Assembly: GCA_016716085.1 (NCBI GenBank)
Contig: JADJWY010000001.1
Location: 423,437 to 487,436, forward strand
Direction of reading: 5' to 3'
Origin: Hahellaceae bacterium
Lineage (GTDB): Bacteria > Pseudomonadota > Gammaproteobacteria > Pseudomonadales > Oleiphilaceae
DNA: 64,000 nt
Shown here in pieces: positions 11,422 to 22,607 of this stretch (position 1 is the first letter of the stretch; each line of letters opens with the position of its first letter). A program made the position numbers and the translations under genes. Under the pieces are notes generated by a model. The model saw only the letters and a list, made by a program, of their open reading frames with translations, had not been told where the DNA came from and ran no database searches.

Positions 11422-12783
11422 TTATAGTCGTGAGAAATCATTGAAGAGTGCCAAGGCCATGACACCGGCCAGCAGGGCCATTCCAATCTTGATACCCAAT
11501 ATTTGTTTTTTCTCTGAAAGAGGCTTTCCTCTTACCGCCTCGATCCCGTAATACAGCAGGTGGCCACCATCCAACACGGGTATGGGAAGCAAATTCAACA
11601 CCCCCAACATGACACTGAGCTGAGCCAAAAACGTGAGAAAACTTTCCACACCGAAACTGGCAGACGCCCCTGCAGCCTTAGCGATGGTAATGGGTCCACC
11701 AAGATTTTCAACTGAAATCGTACCCAACACCAGCTTTTTCAACGATCCCAGAATCATGGCAGACATCTCAGCCGTGCGTTTCACTGCCGGCATCACCGCC
11801 TCTAACAGACCGTACGAGACGGTGCGCTTCATGTCCTCCGGCCATGCGGGTGCTTCAACGGAGACGCCCACAAACCCTTCAGTCCCCTGACTGGTCTCGC
11901 GACTTCCCGGAACGAGGGTGGTTGACAGGGATTGCTCACCCCGACGGTACTCCACGCTCAACGGTAACTCTGGGGATAACCGAACTTTATCCACAAAAAC
12001 CATCCAGGTGTCCAGCGCCTGCCCATCAATTGTTAGTAACTCATCCCCGGCCTGCAAGCCGGCCTGAGCCGCCCGACTATCTGCAACCACCTCATGAATG
12101 ACTGGCACAATGGCCGGCCGCCAGGGTTCAATTCCCAGCGCCTTCAAGGGGTCAGGGTGTTTTTCACCCGACAGCCAGGTTGTAATGGGCACACGCACGG
12201 ATTCAGGCGCACCCACCTCGGCTTCGCGCTGCACTTGAAATGCCAGCTCACCGGTATCACCAATGCGATCAACCAGCCCAAAATTAACATCGTTCCAGCC
12301 ATGTACCAAACGGCCATCCACATCGACAATAATGTCACCCACCTGAAGGCCCGCCGTCTCAGCAGCGCCCCCCACAGAAAGACCACCAATCTTGGGTACA
12401 ACGACCTGAACACCGGCAACAAACATGATCCAATACGCCATCAGCGCGAAGAGGAAGTTGGCCAGTGGCCCTGCAGAGGCAATCGCAATGCGTTGGGCGA
12501 CCGGTTTGCGATTAAAGGCTTGATCCAACAACTCTGGCGCCACAGGAGCTTCCCGCTCGTCCAGCATTTTGACATAGCCACCTAATGGCAGCGCCGCAAC
12601 CACATATTCCGTTCCGTGACGATCAAGCCACTTCAGGATCGGCCGTCCAAAGCCGACAGAGAACCTCAGAACTTTGACACCACAGCGTCGTGCTACCCAG
12701 AAATGTCCAAACTCATGGATGGTGACCAAAAGCCCCAACGTGACAATCAGGGCGAGGGTATTTTGCAGCAAGGTCTGTCCCAT
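11422..12783 (-). CDS. rseP: Site-2 protease RseP (zinc metalloprotease)
   Basis: HEFGHF (HExxH) in TM1, central PDZ region, and a C-terminal LPIPVLDGGH motif. Confidence 0.92.
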   Translation of the reverse strand: MGQTLLQNTLALIVTLGLLVTIHEFGHFWVARRCGVKVLRFSVGFGRPILKWLDRHGTEYVVAALPLGGYVKMLDEREAPVAPELLDQAFNRKPVAQRIAIASAGPLANFLFALMAYWIMFVAGVQVVVPKIGGLSVGGAAETAGLQVGDIIVDVDGRLVHGWNDVNFGLVDRIGDTGELAFQVQREAEVGAPESVRVPITTWLSGEKHPDPLKALGIEPWRPAIVPVIHEVVADSRAAQAGLQAGDELLTIDGQALDTWMVFVDKVRLSPELPLSVEYRRGEQSLSTTLVPGSRETSQGTEGFVGVSVEAPAWPEDMKRTVSYGLLEAVMPAVKRTAEMSAMILGSLKKLVLGTISVENLGGPITIAKAAGASASFGVESFLTFLAQLSVMLGVLNLLPIPVLDGGHLLYYGIEAVRGKPLSEKKQILGIKIGMALLAGVMALALFNDFSRL

Positions 12784-12787
12784 CAGA

Positions 12788-13990
12788 TTATCCTTGAAGC
12801 TGTCCGATCAATTGCATGGCAATGCCTCTGGTCTCCTTATCTGCCGCCAGAATCGCATCCAGAGAGTCTGCCCGCCCCTTCGCGACATGCTCCAGGGATT
12901 TTTCAATCACACGCGGTATATCAACAAACCGAATCCGCTCGGCCAGGAATGCACTCACCGCCTCTTCATTCGCCGCATTTAACACGGTAGCGGAGAGCCC
13001 GCCTGCCCGGTGCGCATCAGCGGCGAGCCGCAGACACGGAAAACGCGCCATATCGGGTGCCTGAAAGGTCAGCGCGCCCATGGAGAACAAGTCCAGGGGT
13101 GTCACGCCGGCAGGGACTCGCTCCGGCCAGGCCAGCGCATTAGCGATTGGCGTTCGCATATCAGGACTGCCTAACTGAGCCAATATTGAGCCATCAACAT
13201 ACTCCACGAGGGAATGAATGATCGCCTGAGGGTGAATATGCACATCGACTTTTTCGGGTGGCAAATCAAACAGCCAACACGCCTCGATCAACTCCAGGCC
13301 CTTGTTCATTAAACTCGCCGAGTCCACCGAGATTTTACGCCCCATCTCCCAGCGTGGGTGCTTACAGGCTTGAGCGGGTGTCACTGAGGCCAGGTGTTCA
13401 GCATCCAGATTCAGAAACGGGCCACCTGAGGCCGTCAACAGTAAGCGCCGCACGCCACAGGAGGCGTGAATTTCACTGGTGGGCGCCTGCTGCACGGCAT
13501 GGGGCAGGCATTGGAAAATGGCATTATGTTCACTGTCGATAGGCAGCAGTTTGGCACCGTGCTCCCTGACGACCTGCATAAACAGGCCGCCTGACATGAC
13601 CAGCGCCTCTTTATTTGCCAATAGAATGCGCTTTCCGGCTTTCGCAGCGGCCAGCGTCGGTAACAATCCTGCCGCGCCAACAATCGCGGCAACCACAGTA
13701 TCGGCTTCCGGCAATGCTGACACCGTCGCGAGGGCATCCGCCCCCATCAAGACCTCCGTGGTCAACCCAGACTCGCTGAATTGGGCTTTAACCTCAGCAT
13801 AGGTGCGATGGTTGCCGGAATACACCGCAAAACGGGGCGAAAACTGCCGACACATCGTGATCAGGGCCTCCAGATTCTGGTGGGCTGACACGGCCAGCAA
13901 CTCAAAACGCTCGGGGTTACGCGCCATGACATCGAGCGTGCTTTGACCAATGGAGCCCGTCGCTCCCAGAACCACGACTCTCTGGCGCAT
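12788..13990 (-). CDS. dxr: 1-deoxy-D-xylulose-5-phosphate reductoisomerase
   Basis: Start moved to Met19 ([23 protein letters not shown]-binding N-terminus). The longer ORF would overlap cdsA. Confidence 0.93.
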   Translation of the reverse strand: MRQRVVVLGATGSIGQSTLDVMARNPERFELLAVSAHQNLEALITMCRQFSPRFAVYSGNHRTYAEVKAQFSESGLTTEVLMGADALATVSALPEADTVVAAIVGAAGLLPTLAAAKAGKRILLANKEALVMSGGLFMQVVREHGAKLLPIDSEHNAIFQCLPHAVQQAPTSEIHASCGVRRLLLTASGGPFLNLDAEHLASVTPAQACKHPRWEMGRKISVDSASLMNKGLELIEACWLFDLPPEKVDVHIHPQAIIHSLVEYVDGSILAQLGSPDMRTPIANALAWPERVPAGVTPLDLFSMGALTFQAPDMARFPCLRLAADAHRAGGLSATVLNAANEEAVSAFLAERIRFVDIPRVIEKSLEHVAKGRADSLDAILAADKETRGIAMQLIGQLQG

Positions 13991-14835
13991 CAAGCGGCTC
14001 CTGCCGAAGAGGACAGCCAACCCAGCAAAACCAGCAGGAAACAAAAGATCGGCGCGGCGGCCGTCACGCTATCAATACGATCCATAATCCCCCCGTGACC
14101 GGGCAGGATTTGACTACTGTCTTTCAATCCAACCACGCGCTTGGCCAGACTTTCCAACAGGTCTCCCACAATGGAGTATGCCGCCGTCACAAGGGACACC
14201 AGCCACAACATCAACTGCGCCGACATATCCAGCCCAGCCCATGCACCACATAGAAAAGGTAAAACAGAGACCGCAACGAGGCCTCCCACCGCACCTTCGA
14301 CCGATTTGCCTGGGCTGACCAGCGGCGCCAGCTTGCGGCGCCCCCAGCGGCGACCGGCAAAATAGGCCCCGACATCCGCACACCAGACGATCAAAAACAC
14401 ATATAAAATCAACAGCTCACCCGGCACATCGCCTGCCAGCGTCCATCCCGCTGTCCGCAGATTAAGCAGGGCCAGCCAGGTCGCCTGCAGGAGCAGGAAG
14501 CCGGAAACCAGCCGTACCACAGGCCGCGACCAAAGGGTCTTTAAGGTCGGCCAGGTCATCACCAACCAGGTCGCCCCAGTCCACCCCACAAATGCGAGCA
14601 GCAGAACCAGTGTGGACGGCAACGAGGTTCCCAGGGGCAGCAGCGCACCTGTGGCCACTGCAAAAGCGATGCGCCCACCCTGCGCCTCCATTCCCCCCAT
14701 CCGTGCCCACTCCCAGGCGGCGACCATCACCAGGACCCCGGTGAACCAGGCGAAACCGACAGGCGACGTCCAAAACAAGCCACCCAAAAAAATGGGTAAC
14801 ATGATCAATGCGGTGATGATTCGTTGCTTAAGCAC
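13990..14835 (-). CDS. cdsA: Phosphatidate cytidylyltransferase
   Basis: Polytopic membrane protein with a C-terminal [11 protein letters not shown] motif. GTG start chosen ([10 protein letters not shown]), 1 nt after the uppS stop. The track ORF extends 25 codons into uppS. Confidence 0.85.
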   Translation of the reverse strand: MLKQRIITALIMLPIFLGGLFWTSPVGFAWFTGVLVMVAAWEWARMGGMEAQGGRIAFAVATGALLPLGTSLPSTLVLLLAFVGWTGATWLVMTWPTLKTLWSRPVVRLVSGFLLLQATWLALLNLRTAGWTLAGDVPGELLILYVFLIVWCADVGAYFAGRRWGRRKLAPLVSPGKSVEGAVGGLVAVSVLPFLCGAWAGLDMSAQLMLWLVSLVTAAYSIVGDLLESLAKRVVGLKDSSQILPGHGGIMDRIDSVTAAAPIFCFLLVLLGWLSSSAGAA

Positions 14836-14836
14836 G

Positions 14837-15622
14837 TTAACTCGAACTCTTGGAAGAAGTAGGATTATGCCCAGCCAGTCGCTGGTCCAGCTGCTCATCG
14901 GTTTGACCAAAGCGTCGCTTGCGCGAACTGTACTCAGACAGCGCCTTGAGCATTTGAGTCTCTTTGAAATCCGGCCAGTAACAGTCCGCGAAGTAAAATT
15001 CGCTATAGGCCAACTGCCAGATCATGAAATTGCTGATGCGCTGCTCGCCGGCCGTGCGAATACACAAATCCGGTGAAGGAAGATCGTTCAAGGCCATATG
15101 CTGCTGCAAACGGTCTTCGTTGATCTCTTCAGGTCGCAATCTGCCCGCTGCGACCTCTGCAGCCAACTTGCGTGCCGACTGCGCGATATCCCATTGCCCA
15201 CCATAATTGGCGGCCACCACCAGTGTCATGCGGGTGTTACCGCAGGTCTGCGCCTCTGCCTCAGCCATCATCGCCTGCAACGGCTCACTGAAAGCCGAGC
15301 GATCTCCAATGATGCGCAAGCGGATATTGTTACGATCCAACTTACGCACTTCGCGCTTCAGTGCGATCATAAACAGACGCATCAATGCGCCGACTTCATC
15401 CTGTGGACGGCGCCAGTTTTCGCTGCTGAATGCGAACAGGGTCAGCACTTCGACCCCCTCACGCGCGCAGGTTTCAACCACCGCCCGCACTGAGTCGACC
15501 CCTGCTTTATGCCCGGCAACACCGGGCAACCCACGTTGTTTCGCCCAGCGGTTATTACCATCCATAATGATGGCAACATGCCGCGCCTTGTTACTGGCGA
15601 CCAGAGGGATCGTTGATAACAC
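14837..15622 (-). CDS. uppS: Undecaprenyl-diphosphate synthase
   Basis: HVAIIMDGNNRWA and ERRFG-like (RKRRFGQ) motifs. GTG start. Confidence 0.93.
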   Translation of the reverse strand: MLSTIPLVASNKARHVAIIMDGNNRWAKQRGLPGVAGHKAGVDSVRAVVETCAREGVEVLTLFAFSSENWRRPQDEVGALMRLFMIALKREVRKLDRNNIRLRIIGDRSAFSEPLQAMMAEAEAQTCGNTRMTLVVAANYGGQWDIAQSARKLAAEVAAGRLRPEEINEDRLQQHMALNDLPSPDLCIRTAGEQRISNFMIWQLAYSEFYFADCYWPDFKETQMLKALSEYSSRKRRFGQTDEQLDQRLAGHNPTSSKSSS

Positions 15623-15645
15623 GCGTTAAACTCCCCTAGAACGCA

Positions 15646-16203
15646 TTAAACAGACATCAGGTCTTTTTCTTTGCCCGCCAGCGTCTTATCGACTTCAGCC
15701 ACATACTTGTCAGTCAGCTTCTGAATTTCATCCAGTGCTTTCTTTTCTTCATCTTCTGAAATCTGCTTGTCTTTCAGCAAAGCTTTAACCTCAGCATTGG
15801 CATCACGACGCAGGTTACGCACCGCAACCCGCGCATTTTCTGCCTCACCCTTGGCCGTTTTGACCAGATTACGACGGGTTTCCTCGGTCAGTGGTGGCAT
15901 GGGCAGGCGAATCACCGTACCTGAGGTTGTTGGATTCAGCCCCAGATCTGATTTGAGAATGGCTTTTTCAATCTGGGGAATCAAATTCTTTTCCCAGGGT
16001 GAAATCGACAAGGTACGCGCATCTTCTACCACAATACTGGCGATCTGAGTCAGCGGAGTATCTGTCCCATAGTAGGACACCATCACCCCTTCCAGGATAG
16101 AGGGGTTAGCGCGTCCGGTACGCAGTCGGGCGAATACATGCTCCAGCGATTCGATCGACTTTTTCATTTTGGTTTCAGCTTGGGATTTGATCTCTTTGAT
16201 CAC
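15646..16203 (-). CDS. frr: Ribosome recycling factor
   Basis: 185-codon ORF with typical Frr sequence (RTGRANPSILEGV...), in pyrH-frr synteny. Confidence 0.95.
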   Translation of the reverse strand: MIKEIKSQAETKMKKSIESLEHVFARLRTGRANPSILEGVMVSYYGTDTPLTQIASIVVEDARTLSISPWEKNLIPQIEKAILKSDLGLNPTTSGTVIRLPMPPLTEETRRNLVKTAKGEAENARVAVRNLRRDANAEVKALLKDKQISEDEEKKALDEIQKLTDKYVAEVDKTLAGKEKDLMSV

Positions 16204-16209
16204 AGTTCT

Positions 16210-16944
16210 TTATCCTCTTTCTATCAGCGTGCCTTCGTCTTCGCCGACCATGATATTAATCAGCGCGCCGCTTTTGTTCATGTTAAAAACCCTTAAGGGC
16301 ATGTCATGGTCCCGACTTAAGCAAATCGCCGTCAGATCCATTACCCCCAATTGCCGCCGCAAGACCTCATCGTAAGTCAGGCGGTCATATTTTTCTGCGG
16401 TCGGATCTTTCATAGGGTCAGCCGAGTAAACACCATCAACCTTGGTTGCCTTCAGCACGATATCGGCATTGATTTCAATGCCACGCAGACAGGCGGCCGA
16501 ATCCGTCGTAAAAAAGGGATTACCCGTACCCGCACAAAAAATCACAACGTCGCCATCTTTCAGATCACGAATGGCCCGGCGGCGATCATAGTGCTCAACC
16601 ACGCCACTCATGGGAATCGCTGACATGACTCGCGTCGAAATATTGGAACGCTCCAGCGCGTCACGCATGGCCAACGCATTCATGACCGTCGCGAGCATCC
16701 CCATGTGGTCACCGGTTACCCGATCCATACCCGCTTCCTGCAATGCACTTCCGCGAAACAGATTCCCGCCGCCAATCACCAGACCGACCTGCACCCCAAT
16801 CCCGATGAGCTGGCCAATTTCCAGCGCAATTCGGTTCAGCACTTTGGGATCAATCCCAAAATCGTGATCGCCCATCAGCGCCTCGCCAGACAGCTTGAGC
16901 AGGACGCGCTTGTATTTGGGCTGAGATTCAGCAGCAGTTCGCAT
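16210..16944 (-). CDS. pyrH: UMP kinase
   Basis: [13 protein letters not shown]-terminus and GGGNLFRG motif. Confidence 0.95.
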   Translation of the reverse strand: MRTAAESQPKYKRVLLKLSGEALMGDHDFGIDPKVLNRIALEIGQLIGIGVQVGLVIGGGNLFRGSALQEAGMDRVTGDHMGMLATVMNALAMRDALERSNISTRVMSAIPMSGVVEHYDRRRAIRDLKDGDVVIFCAGTGNPFFTTDSAACLRGIEINADIVLKATKVDGVYSADPMKDPTAEKYDRLTYDEVLRRQLGVMDLTAICLSRDHDMPLRVFNMNKSGALINIMVGEDEGTLIERG

Positions 16945-17010
16945 AGAGAAAAGTCCCAGTCAGAATAAAATAAATAAACGGAGAGTATAGGGTAATTCGC
17001 ATTACGCGAA

Positions 17011-17052
17011 AAAGATATAATAAAGGCGAGTAGAGCCTACGCCCTACCCGCC
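17011..17052 (-). terminator. Rho-independent terminator after tsf
   Basis: On the minus strand: GGCGGGTAG-loop-CTACTCGCC (one mismatch) followed by TTTATTATATCTTTTT. Confidence 0.7.
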
Positions 17053-17077
17053 TCAAATACTCGGCTAAAACGACCGA

Positions 17078-17938
17078 TCAGCCTTTCAGCTGCGCCGCTA
17101 CTTCTGCAGCAAAATCAACAACTTCTTTCTCGATACCTTCACCGACTTCGAAACGAACCATTGAGACAACCTTGGCACCGGCCTTCTTCAGCATTGCACC
17201 GACTTTCACATCGGGATCCTTGACGAAAGGCTGCTCCATCAGGCTGATTTCAGCCAGGAACTTGCTGATACGACCATCAACCATCTTCGAAACGATTTCT
17301 GCTGGCTTACCACTCTGCTCAGCCTGAGCGCTGTAAATTTCACGCTCTTTCGCAATCACATCTTCGCTAACATCTTCTTTAGAGATGAACTGGGGGTTCA
17401 CCGCTGCGACATGCATGGCGACATCTTTCGCCAGCGTTTCATCACCCGCATCCAGCGCGATCAACACACCGATCTTCAGGTTGCTGTGAACATAGGTGCC
17501 CACCACTTTGCCTTCAGCCAGCACTGCACGACGAACATTGATGTTCTCGCCAATTTTCTGAACCAGGCCCTGACGCTTGGCTTCCAGCTCGCCTTCCATC
17601 AGCGCAGCGATATCAGTCTGCCTGGCAGCAAACGCAGCCGTAGCAACCGCTTCAACGAAGCCCAGGAAGTTATCATCACGCGCAACGAAGTCCGTTTCGC
17701 TGTTCACTTCAATAATCATGGCGGTCGTGCCATCTTCTGACTGCTTGACGGCAACAACACCTTCAGCGGAGGTACGACCCGCTTTTTTGGCTGCCTTCAT
17801 GCCGCTGTTTTTACGCAGCGTTTCAATTGCCAACTCGATATCGCCTTCGGCGTCTACCAGAGCCTTCTTGCACTCCATCATCCCCAAACCGGTACGCTCA
17901 CGCAGTTCTTTTACCAGAGACGCTGTAATTGCTGTCAT
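17078..17938 (-). CDS. tsf: Elongation factor Ts
   Basis: [25 protein letters not shown]-terminus, in rpsB-tsf synteny. Confidence 0.96.
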   Translation of the reverse strand: MTAITASLVKELRERTGLGMMECKKALVDAEGDIELAIETLRKNSGMKAAKKAGRTSAEGVVAVKQSEDGTTAMIIEVNSETDFVARDDNFLGFVEAVATAAFAARQTDIAALMEGELEAKRQGLVQKIGENINVRRAVLAEGKVVGTYVHSNLKIGVLIALDAGDETLAKDVAMHVAAVNPQFISKEDVSEDVIAKEREIYSAQAEQSGKPAEIVSKMVDGRISKFLAEISLMEQPFVKDPDVKVGAMLKKAGAKVVSMVRFEVGEGIEKEVVDFAAEVAAQLKG

Positions 17939-17960
17939 TATCTTTTCCTCAGATTTGTAA

Positions 17961-17987
17961 ATTAAAACGGGGAGCCAGGGCTCCCCG
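17961..17987 (-). terminator. Intercistronic hairpin/attenuator between rpsB and tsf
   Basis: On the minus strand: GGGGAGC-CCTG-GCTCCCC followed by GTTTTAATTT. An rpsB-tsf attenuator is known in E. coli. Confidence 0.6.
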
Positions 17988-18019
17988 GTTCACGGAGGTT
18001 CGTTCCGTCAGATCAGGGA

Positions 18020-18769
18020 TTACTCAGCTTTCTCGGCGCCTTCAGCCGCCGCAGCTTCTTTCACTTCAACAAACTCGTCCGGGCTGCTTGAACCCACACC
18101 TTCAAGGCACGCATCCGCCATCGCTTTCGCATACACCTGGATGGCGCGAATGGCGTCGTCGTTACCCGGAATGACGTAGTCAACGCCATCAGGATCGCTG
18201 TTGGTATCGACAACACCGATAACAGGGATGCCCAGCTTGTTGGCTTCTTTGATCGCAATACGCTCATGATCCACGTCGATCACGAAAATCGCATCCGGCA
18301 AACCGCCCATATCTTTGATACCACCAATGCTTTTCTCGAGTTTGTCCATCTCGCGACGCAGCATCAGAGCTTCTTTCTTGGTCAACTTCTCAAAGGTACC
18401 ATCCTGGCTCTGGGTTTCCAGATCACGGAAGCGCTTGATAGACTGACGAATGGTTTTGTAGTTGGTCAACATGCCACCCAACCAGCGATGGTTGACGTAG
18501 GGCATGCCACAACGAACGGCTTCTTCCTTCATAATCTTGGAAGCGGCACGCTTGGTTCCGACAAACAGAACCTTGTTTTTCTTTTCAGCGCGGCTCTTGG
18601 CATAATCAAGCGCCTTGTTCATCGCAGGAACCGTGTGCTCCAGGTTGATGATATGGATCTTGTTGCGCGCACCGAAAATAAATTTGTTCATTTTTGGATT
18701 CCAGAAACGCGTCTGGTGTCCAAAGTGTGCACCTGCTTTGAGCAGGTCTCTCATACTGACTTCAGCCAT
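18020..18769 (-). CDS. rpsB: 30S ribosomal protein S2
   Basis: Start moved to the ATG giving [27 protein letters not shown] (canonical S2 N-terminus). The track ORF begins 2 codons earlier at a GTG. Confidence 0.96.
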   Translation of the reverse strand: MAEVSMRDLLKAGAHFGHQTRFWNPKMNKFIFGARNKIHIINLEHTVPAMNKALDYAKSRAEKKNKVLFVGTKRAASKIMKEEAVRCGMPYVNHRWLGGMLTNYKTIRQSIKRFRDLETQSQDGTFEKLTKKEALMLRREMDKLEKSIGGIKDMGGLPDAIFVIDVDHERIAIKEANKLGIPVIGVVDTNSDPDGVDYVIPGNDDAIRAIQVYAKAMADACLEGVGSSSPDEFVEVKEAAAAEGAEKAE

Positions 18770-18936
18770 TTTCACATTCTCTTCGTATTGGGTTAAACCT
18801 CCACGCCTCCATCAGCATCCAACCCCGTGAGGGCACCCGGGTGCTGTGACGAAACGTGTGCGTTTTCAATTCACTAACTGGGTTAGCGGCATTCTGGAGT
18901 AGCCCGACAGGGTTCTACACACAAAATACGGCGCGC

Positions 18937-18965
18937 TTTATACCATAAAGCGAGGCTCATTTGAA
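18937..18965 (-). promoter_or_regulatory. Candidate rpsB promoter preceding a leader of about 160 nt
   Basis: On the minus strand: TTCAAA, 17 nt, TATAAA, with ATGGTATAAA resembling the conserved extended -10 (TGTGGTATAAA) of E. coli PrpsB. The implied 5'-UTR of about 160 nt matches the long S2-autoregulated leader known in gammaproteobacteria. Confidence 0.5.
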
Positions 18966-19042
18966 GCAGAAACAACGTTACGCCGATTTTCATTCTCGTC
19001 TGCAACTCGGTACAATACCCGCTTTTCCCTGACCGAATTGCC

Positions 19043-19828
19043 ATGAAAGTTACGATCAAAACGTCGGAAGATATTGAAAAAATGCGCATCGCAGGCCGCA
19101 TGGCCGCTGAAGTGCTCGAAATGATTGGCGATTATGTCAAACCTGGGGTCAGCACTGAAGACCTCGACAAGATTTGTCACGACCATATCGTAATGGTCCA
19201 GAAAGCGATTCCGGCCTGCCTGGGATACAAAGGCTACCCTAAATCGATCTGTACCTCGGTCAACCATGTTATTTGTCACGGCATCCCCTCCCCCAAGAAA
19301 ATCCTGAAAGTCGGCGACATTGTGAATATAGATGTCACCGTCATTTATGAAGGCTTTCACGGTGACACCAGCAAGATGTTTTTTGTCGGCAAGCCCTCTA
19401 TTGCGGCTGAGCGCCTGGTCAGAATCACCCAGGAGTGCATGTATATTGGCATCGACATGGTCAAACCCGGTGTGCGTCTTGGTGACATCGGCCATGCCAT
19501 TCAACAACATGCCGAGTCCAACCACTACTCAGTCGTACGCGAGTATTGTGGCCATGGCATCGGCCGGGTTTTCCATGAAGAGCCTCAGGTCATGCACTAC
19601 GGCACCCCCGGTACTGGCATGACATTGAAAGAAGGCATGACTTTTACCATTGAGCCCATGATCAATCAGGGAGTCCGGCACTCAAAACTGCTTCCCGATG
19701 GCTGGACCGTGGTGACAAAGGATCACAAGCTGTCGGCACAGTGGGAACACACGATTCTGGTGACCGCGACCGGACATGAAATTCTCACCTTGCGCGCCGA
19801 TGAGAAAGACCGGCAGAGCCTAGCATGA
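19043..19828 (+). CDS. map: Type I methionine aminopeptidase
   Basis: About 260 aa with metal-ligand context GDIVNIDV and EYCGHGIG, in map-glnD synteny. Confidence 0.95.
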   Translation: MKVTIKTSEDIEKMRIAGRMAAEVLEMIGDYVKPGVSTEDLDKICHDHIVMVQKAIPACLGYKGYPKSICTSVNHVICHGIPSPKKILKVGDIVNIDVTVIYEGFHGDTSKMFFVGKPSIAAERLVRITQECMYIGIDMVKPGVRLGDIGHAIQQHAESNHYSVVREYCGHGIGRVFHEEPQVMHYGTPGTGMTLKEGMTFTIEPMINQGVRHSKLLPDGWTVVTKDHKLSAQWEHTILVTATGHEILTLRADEKDRQSLA

Positions 19829-22602
19829 AATCAGGCGACCCTGGCATTTTTGGTATTACCGCAGCGATAGAGACGACGCTACTCCCTGCGCTGACTCTGC
19901 CCCCAAATGCACCAGGGCAAAAGCTCGGACTGACCCAGCTTCGAAAATTTCTCGCCGACAGCACGGACGCACTGCATCAGGCGTTCAAGGAAGGCCAATC
20001 CGTTCGGCAACTGGTTGCTGCACGTGCCTTTACCGTAGATCAGGTACTTTACCACCTTTGGTCGTCACTGGAATGGCCTGCTGACTGTCAGGCGACATTG
20101 ATCGCTGTGGGCGGTTATGGTCGAGCCGAACTGTTTCCCCACTCCGATGTCGACATCCTGATCTTATTGGCGGATGAAAAGGCCTTACAGCGGGTCAAGT
20201 CACCGTTGGAAAGCTTCGTCACCTCGTTGTGGGATCTGAAACTGGACGTCGGACACAGTGTCCGCACCTTAAAAGATAGCGAGGAGCAGGCCCACCAGGA
20301 CATCACCATCGCCACCAACCTGCTGGAAACCCGAAAACTGACGGGTGACCAAACGCTTTATCAGAAGCTGCAGGACCTGGCCTATTCTGATAAAAGCTGG
20401 AAGGATATCGACTTCTTCAAAGCAAAGGTTGCTGAACAGAAGGAGCGTCATCAGCGCTACGGCGACAGTGAATATAACCTGGAACCCAACATCAAAACCT
20501 GTCCCGGGGGACTGCGGGATATTCAGACGATCGGATGGATCGCCAAGCGACACCTGGGCCTTAAGGAATCTGGTGACATCGAGCACCGTTTTCGCGTCCT
20601 GACCGATGACGAGCGCAACACACTGGATGAAGCAGAAGGGTACCTCTGGTATCTCCGCTATGGCCTGCAAATGCTCGCCAAACGTAATGAAAACCGACTG
20701 CTGTTCGACTATCAGCGCTCACTGGCCGACCAGCTGGGCTTTCAGGAAAGCAATCAAGCACTGGCCGTCGAACAGCTGATGCAGAAATATTATCGCTACT
20801 CGATGGCGCTGAGCGAAATCAACGATGTTCTGCTGCAGCACTTTGACGAAGACATTATGGGGCCGCAGTCCGCAACACCGCCCCAACCCCTGGGCCGACG
20901 CTTCCGTATCCGCAACGAATACCTTGAGGTCACTAATCCGCAGATTTTTGTCCAGTCGCCGTTTGCGATGACTGAAATTTTTTTACACCTGGCCCAGCAC
21001 CCTGAAGTTAAAGGCATTCGCGCCAGCACGATTCGTGCGTTACGGGCTCATCGTCACCTGATTGATGACAACTTCCGTAAGGATCTGGCCAACACCTCCT
21101 TGTTCATGGAAATCATGCGCACCCCGCATGCCGTCCACGAAACGCTGTCGATGATGCGAAAGTACGGCATCCTTGGCAATTACATTCCCGCCTTTGGTCG
21201 TATCATCGGCCAGATGCAACACGACCTGTTCCATATTTATACCGTCGACGCCCATACCATTCGGGTCATCCGTAATATGGTCATGCTCTACAAACCCGAG
21301 AGCATGGCGAGCTACCCGCTGGCGAGCTGGCTAATCAACCGACTACCTAAGCCGGAACTGCTCTTTATTGCCGGACTCTTCCATGACATTGCCAAAGGCC
21401 GAGGGGGTGATCACTCTGAACTGGGCGCCGTTGATGCCGAAGAATTCTGCAAACGCCACCACCTGAGCAACCGCGACACCTCGCTGGTGTGCTGGCTGGT
21501 GCACAACCATTTACTGATGTCGATGACAGCGCAGCGCAAAGATCCATCTGACCCGGGTGTAATCCAGTTCTTTGCCAGTCTGATGCAGTCTCAAGTGCAT
21601 CTGGACTACCTGTACGTGCTGACGGTGTGTGATATCAGCGCCACCAACCCTACGCTCTGGAATACCTGGCGGGCCGCCTTACTTCGTCAGCTGTATACCG
21701 AAACCGTCCGGGTGATGCGCCGGGGTGTGCAGTCGCCTCAGAAACGCAGTCAGTGGATTCAGGCCACGCGCCATGAAGTACGCGAAATGCTCAAAAGCAA
21801 AAGTCATCTTTTGCCGGGAACGCCCTTTCCTGAAGCGGACATCAACAAAATCTGGGACCAGATCGACGAAGAGTATTTCCTGCAGGACTCTACTGTAGAG
21901 ATTGCCTGGCAGCTCAGCATGATTCTCAGCCACCGAGACCCCATGGCCCCGCTGATTGCAGTCAAGGACGCCAAGGGCGGCGCGGCGGAAGGTTTCTTTC
22001 ACATTATGGTCTACATGCACTACCGGGACGACCTGTTTGCGGCATTGACCGCCAGCATGGAGCAAATGCACCTGAACATTGTCGAGGCCCGCATGAACCG
22101 GGTCGGCCCGTACGCCATGCTCGCCAATTTCGTGGTGACCGGTACCGAGGGCTTCAAACCCTCGCAAACCGATATCGCCAACTCGCTCTCCGAGTCTCTC
22201 AAAGACCCCGAGAATTTCGACAAGGTGATTCGACGCCGTGTACCCCGCCAGCTCAAACACTTTCTGTTCCCCACGGAAGTCACCTTCAGCAATGACACCG
22301 CCAGCAAGCGAACCGTCATGGAAGTGGTAACGCCAGACCGTCCCGGACTTTTGGCCAAGATCGCGCTGATTCTGCTGGACCACAACGTTGAGCTGGCCAA
22401 TGCACGGATTGCTACCTTGGGTGAGCGAGTAGAAGACGTTTTCCTGCTGACCGACATCAGTGGCCAACCCCTCAGTGACGTCGCCCTGTGTCAGCGGCTC
22501 AGTGACAGCCTGTGTTCGCAATTGGACAACCTGAACATTCAGGAATCCTCCAATGGCAAGTTAATCCCTGGCCCCAAAAATAGTAGCCCAACCCGACTGT
22601 AA
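19825..22602 (+). CDS. glnD: Bifunctional PII uridylyltransferase/uridylyl-removing enzyme
   Basis: NTase motif GGYGRAELFPHSDVDIL, HD domain (LFHDIAKG), and two C-terminal ACT-like regions. ATGA overlap with the map stop. The exact start is uncertain. Confidence 0.9.
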   Translation: MKSGDPGIFGITAAIETTLLPALTLPPNAPGQKLGLTQLRKFLADSTDALHQAFKEGQSVRQLVAARAFTVDQVLYHLWSSLEWPADCQATLIAVGGYGRAELFPHSDVDILILLADEKALQRVKSPLESFVTSLWDLKLDVGHSVRTLKDSEEQAHQDITIATNLLETRKLTGDQTLYQKLQDLAYSDKSWKDIDFFKAKVAEQKERHQRYGDSEYNLEPNIKTCPGGLRDIQTIGWIAKRHLGLKESGDIEHRFRVLTDDERNTLDEAEGYLWYLRYGLQMLAKRNENRLLFDYQRSLADQLGFQESNQALAVEQLMQKYYRYSMALSEINDVLLQHFDEDIMGPQSATPPQPLGRRFRIRNEYLEVTNPQIFVQSPFAMTEIFLHLAQHPEVKGIRASTIRALRAHRHLIDDNFRKDLANTSLFMEIMRTPHAVHETLSMMRKYGILGNYIPAFGRIIGQMQHDLFHIYTVDAHTIRVIRNMVMLYKPESMASYPLASWLINRLPKPELLFIAGLFHDIAKGRGGDHSELGAVDAEEFCKRHHLSNRDTSLVCWLVHNHLLMSMTAQRKDPSDPGVIQFFASLMQSQVHLDYLYVLTVCDISATNPTLWNTWRAALLRQLYTETVRVMRRGVQSPQKRSQWIQATRHEVREMLKSKSHLLPGTPFPEADINKIWDQIDEEYFLQDSTVEIAWQLSMILSHRDPMAPLIAVKDAKGGAAEGFFHIMVYMHYRDDLFAALTASMEQMHLNIVEARMNRVGPYAMLANFVVTGTEGFKPSQTDIANSLSESLKDPENFDKVIRRRVPRQLKHFLFPTEVTFSNDTASKRTVMEVVTPDRPGLLAKIALILLDHNVELANARIATLGERVEDVFLLTDISGQPLSDVALCQRLSDSLCSQLDNLNIQESSNGKLIPGPKNSSPTRL

Positions 22603-22607
22603 GTCTC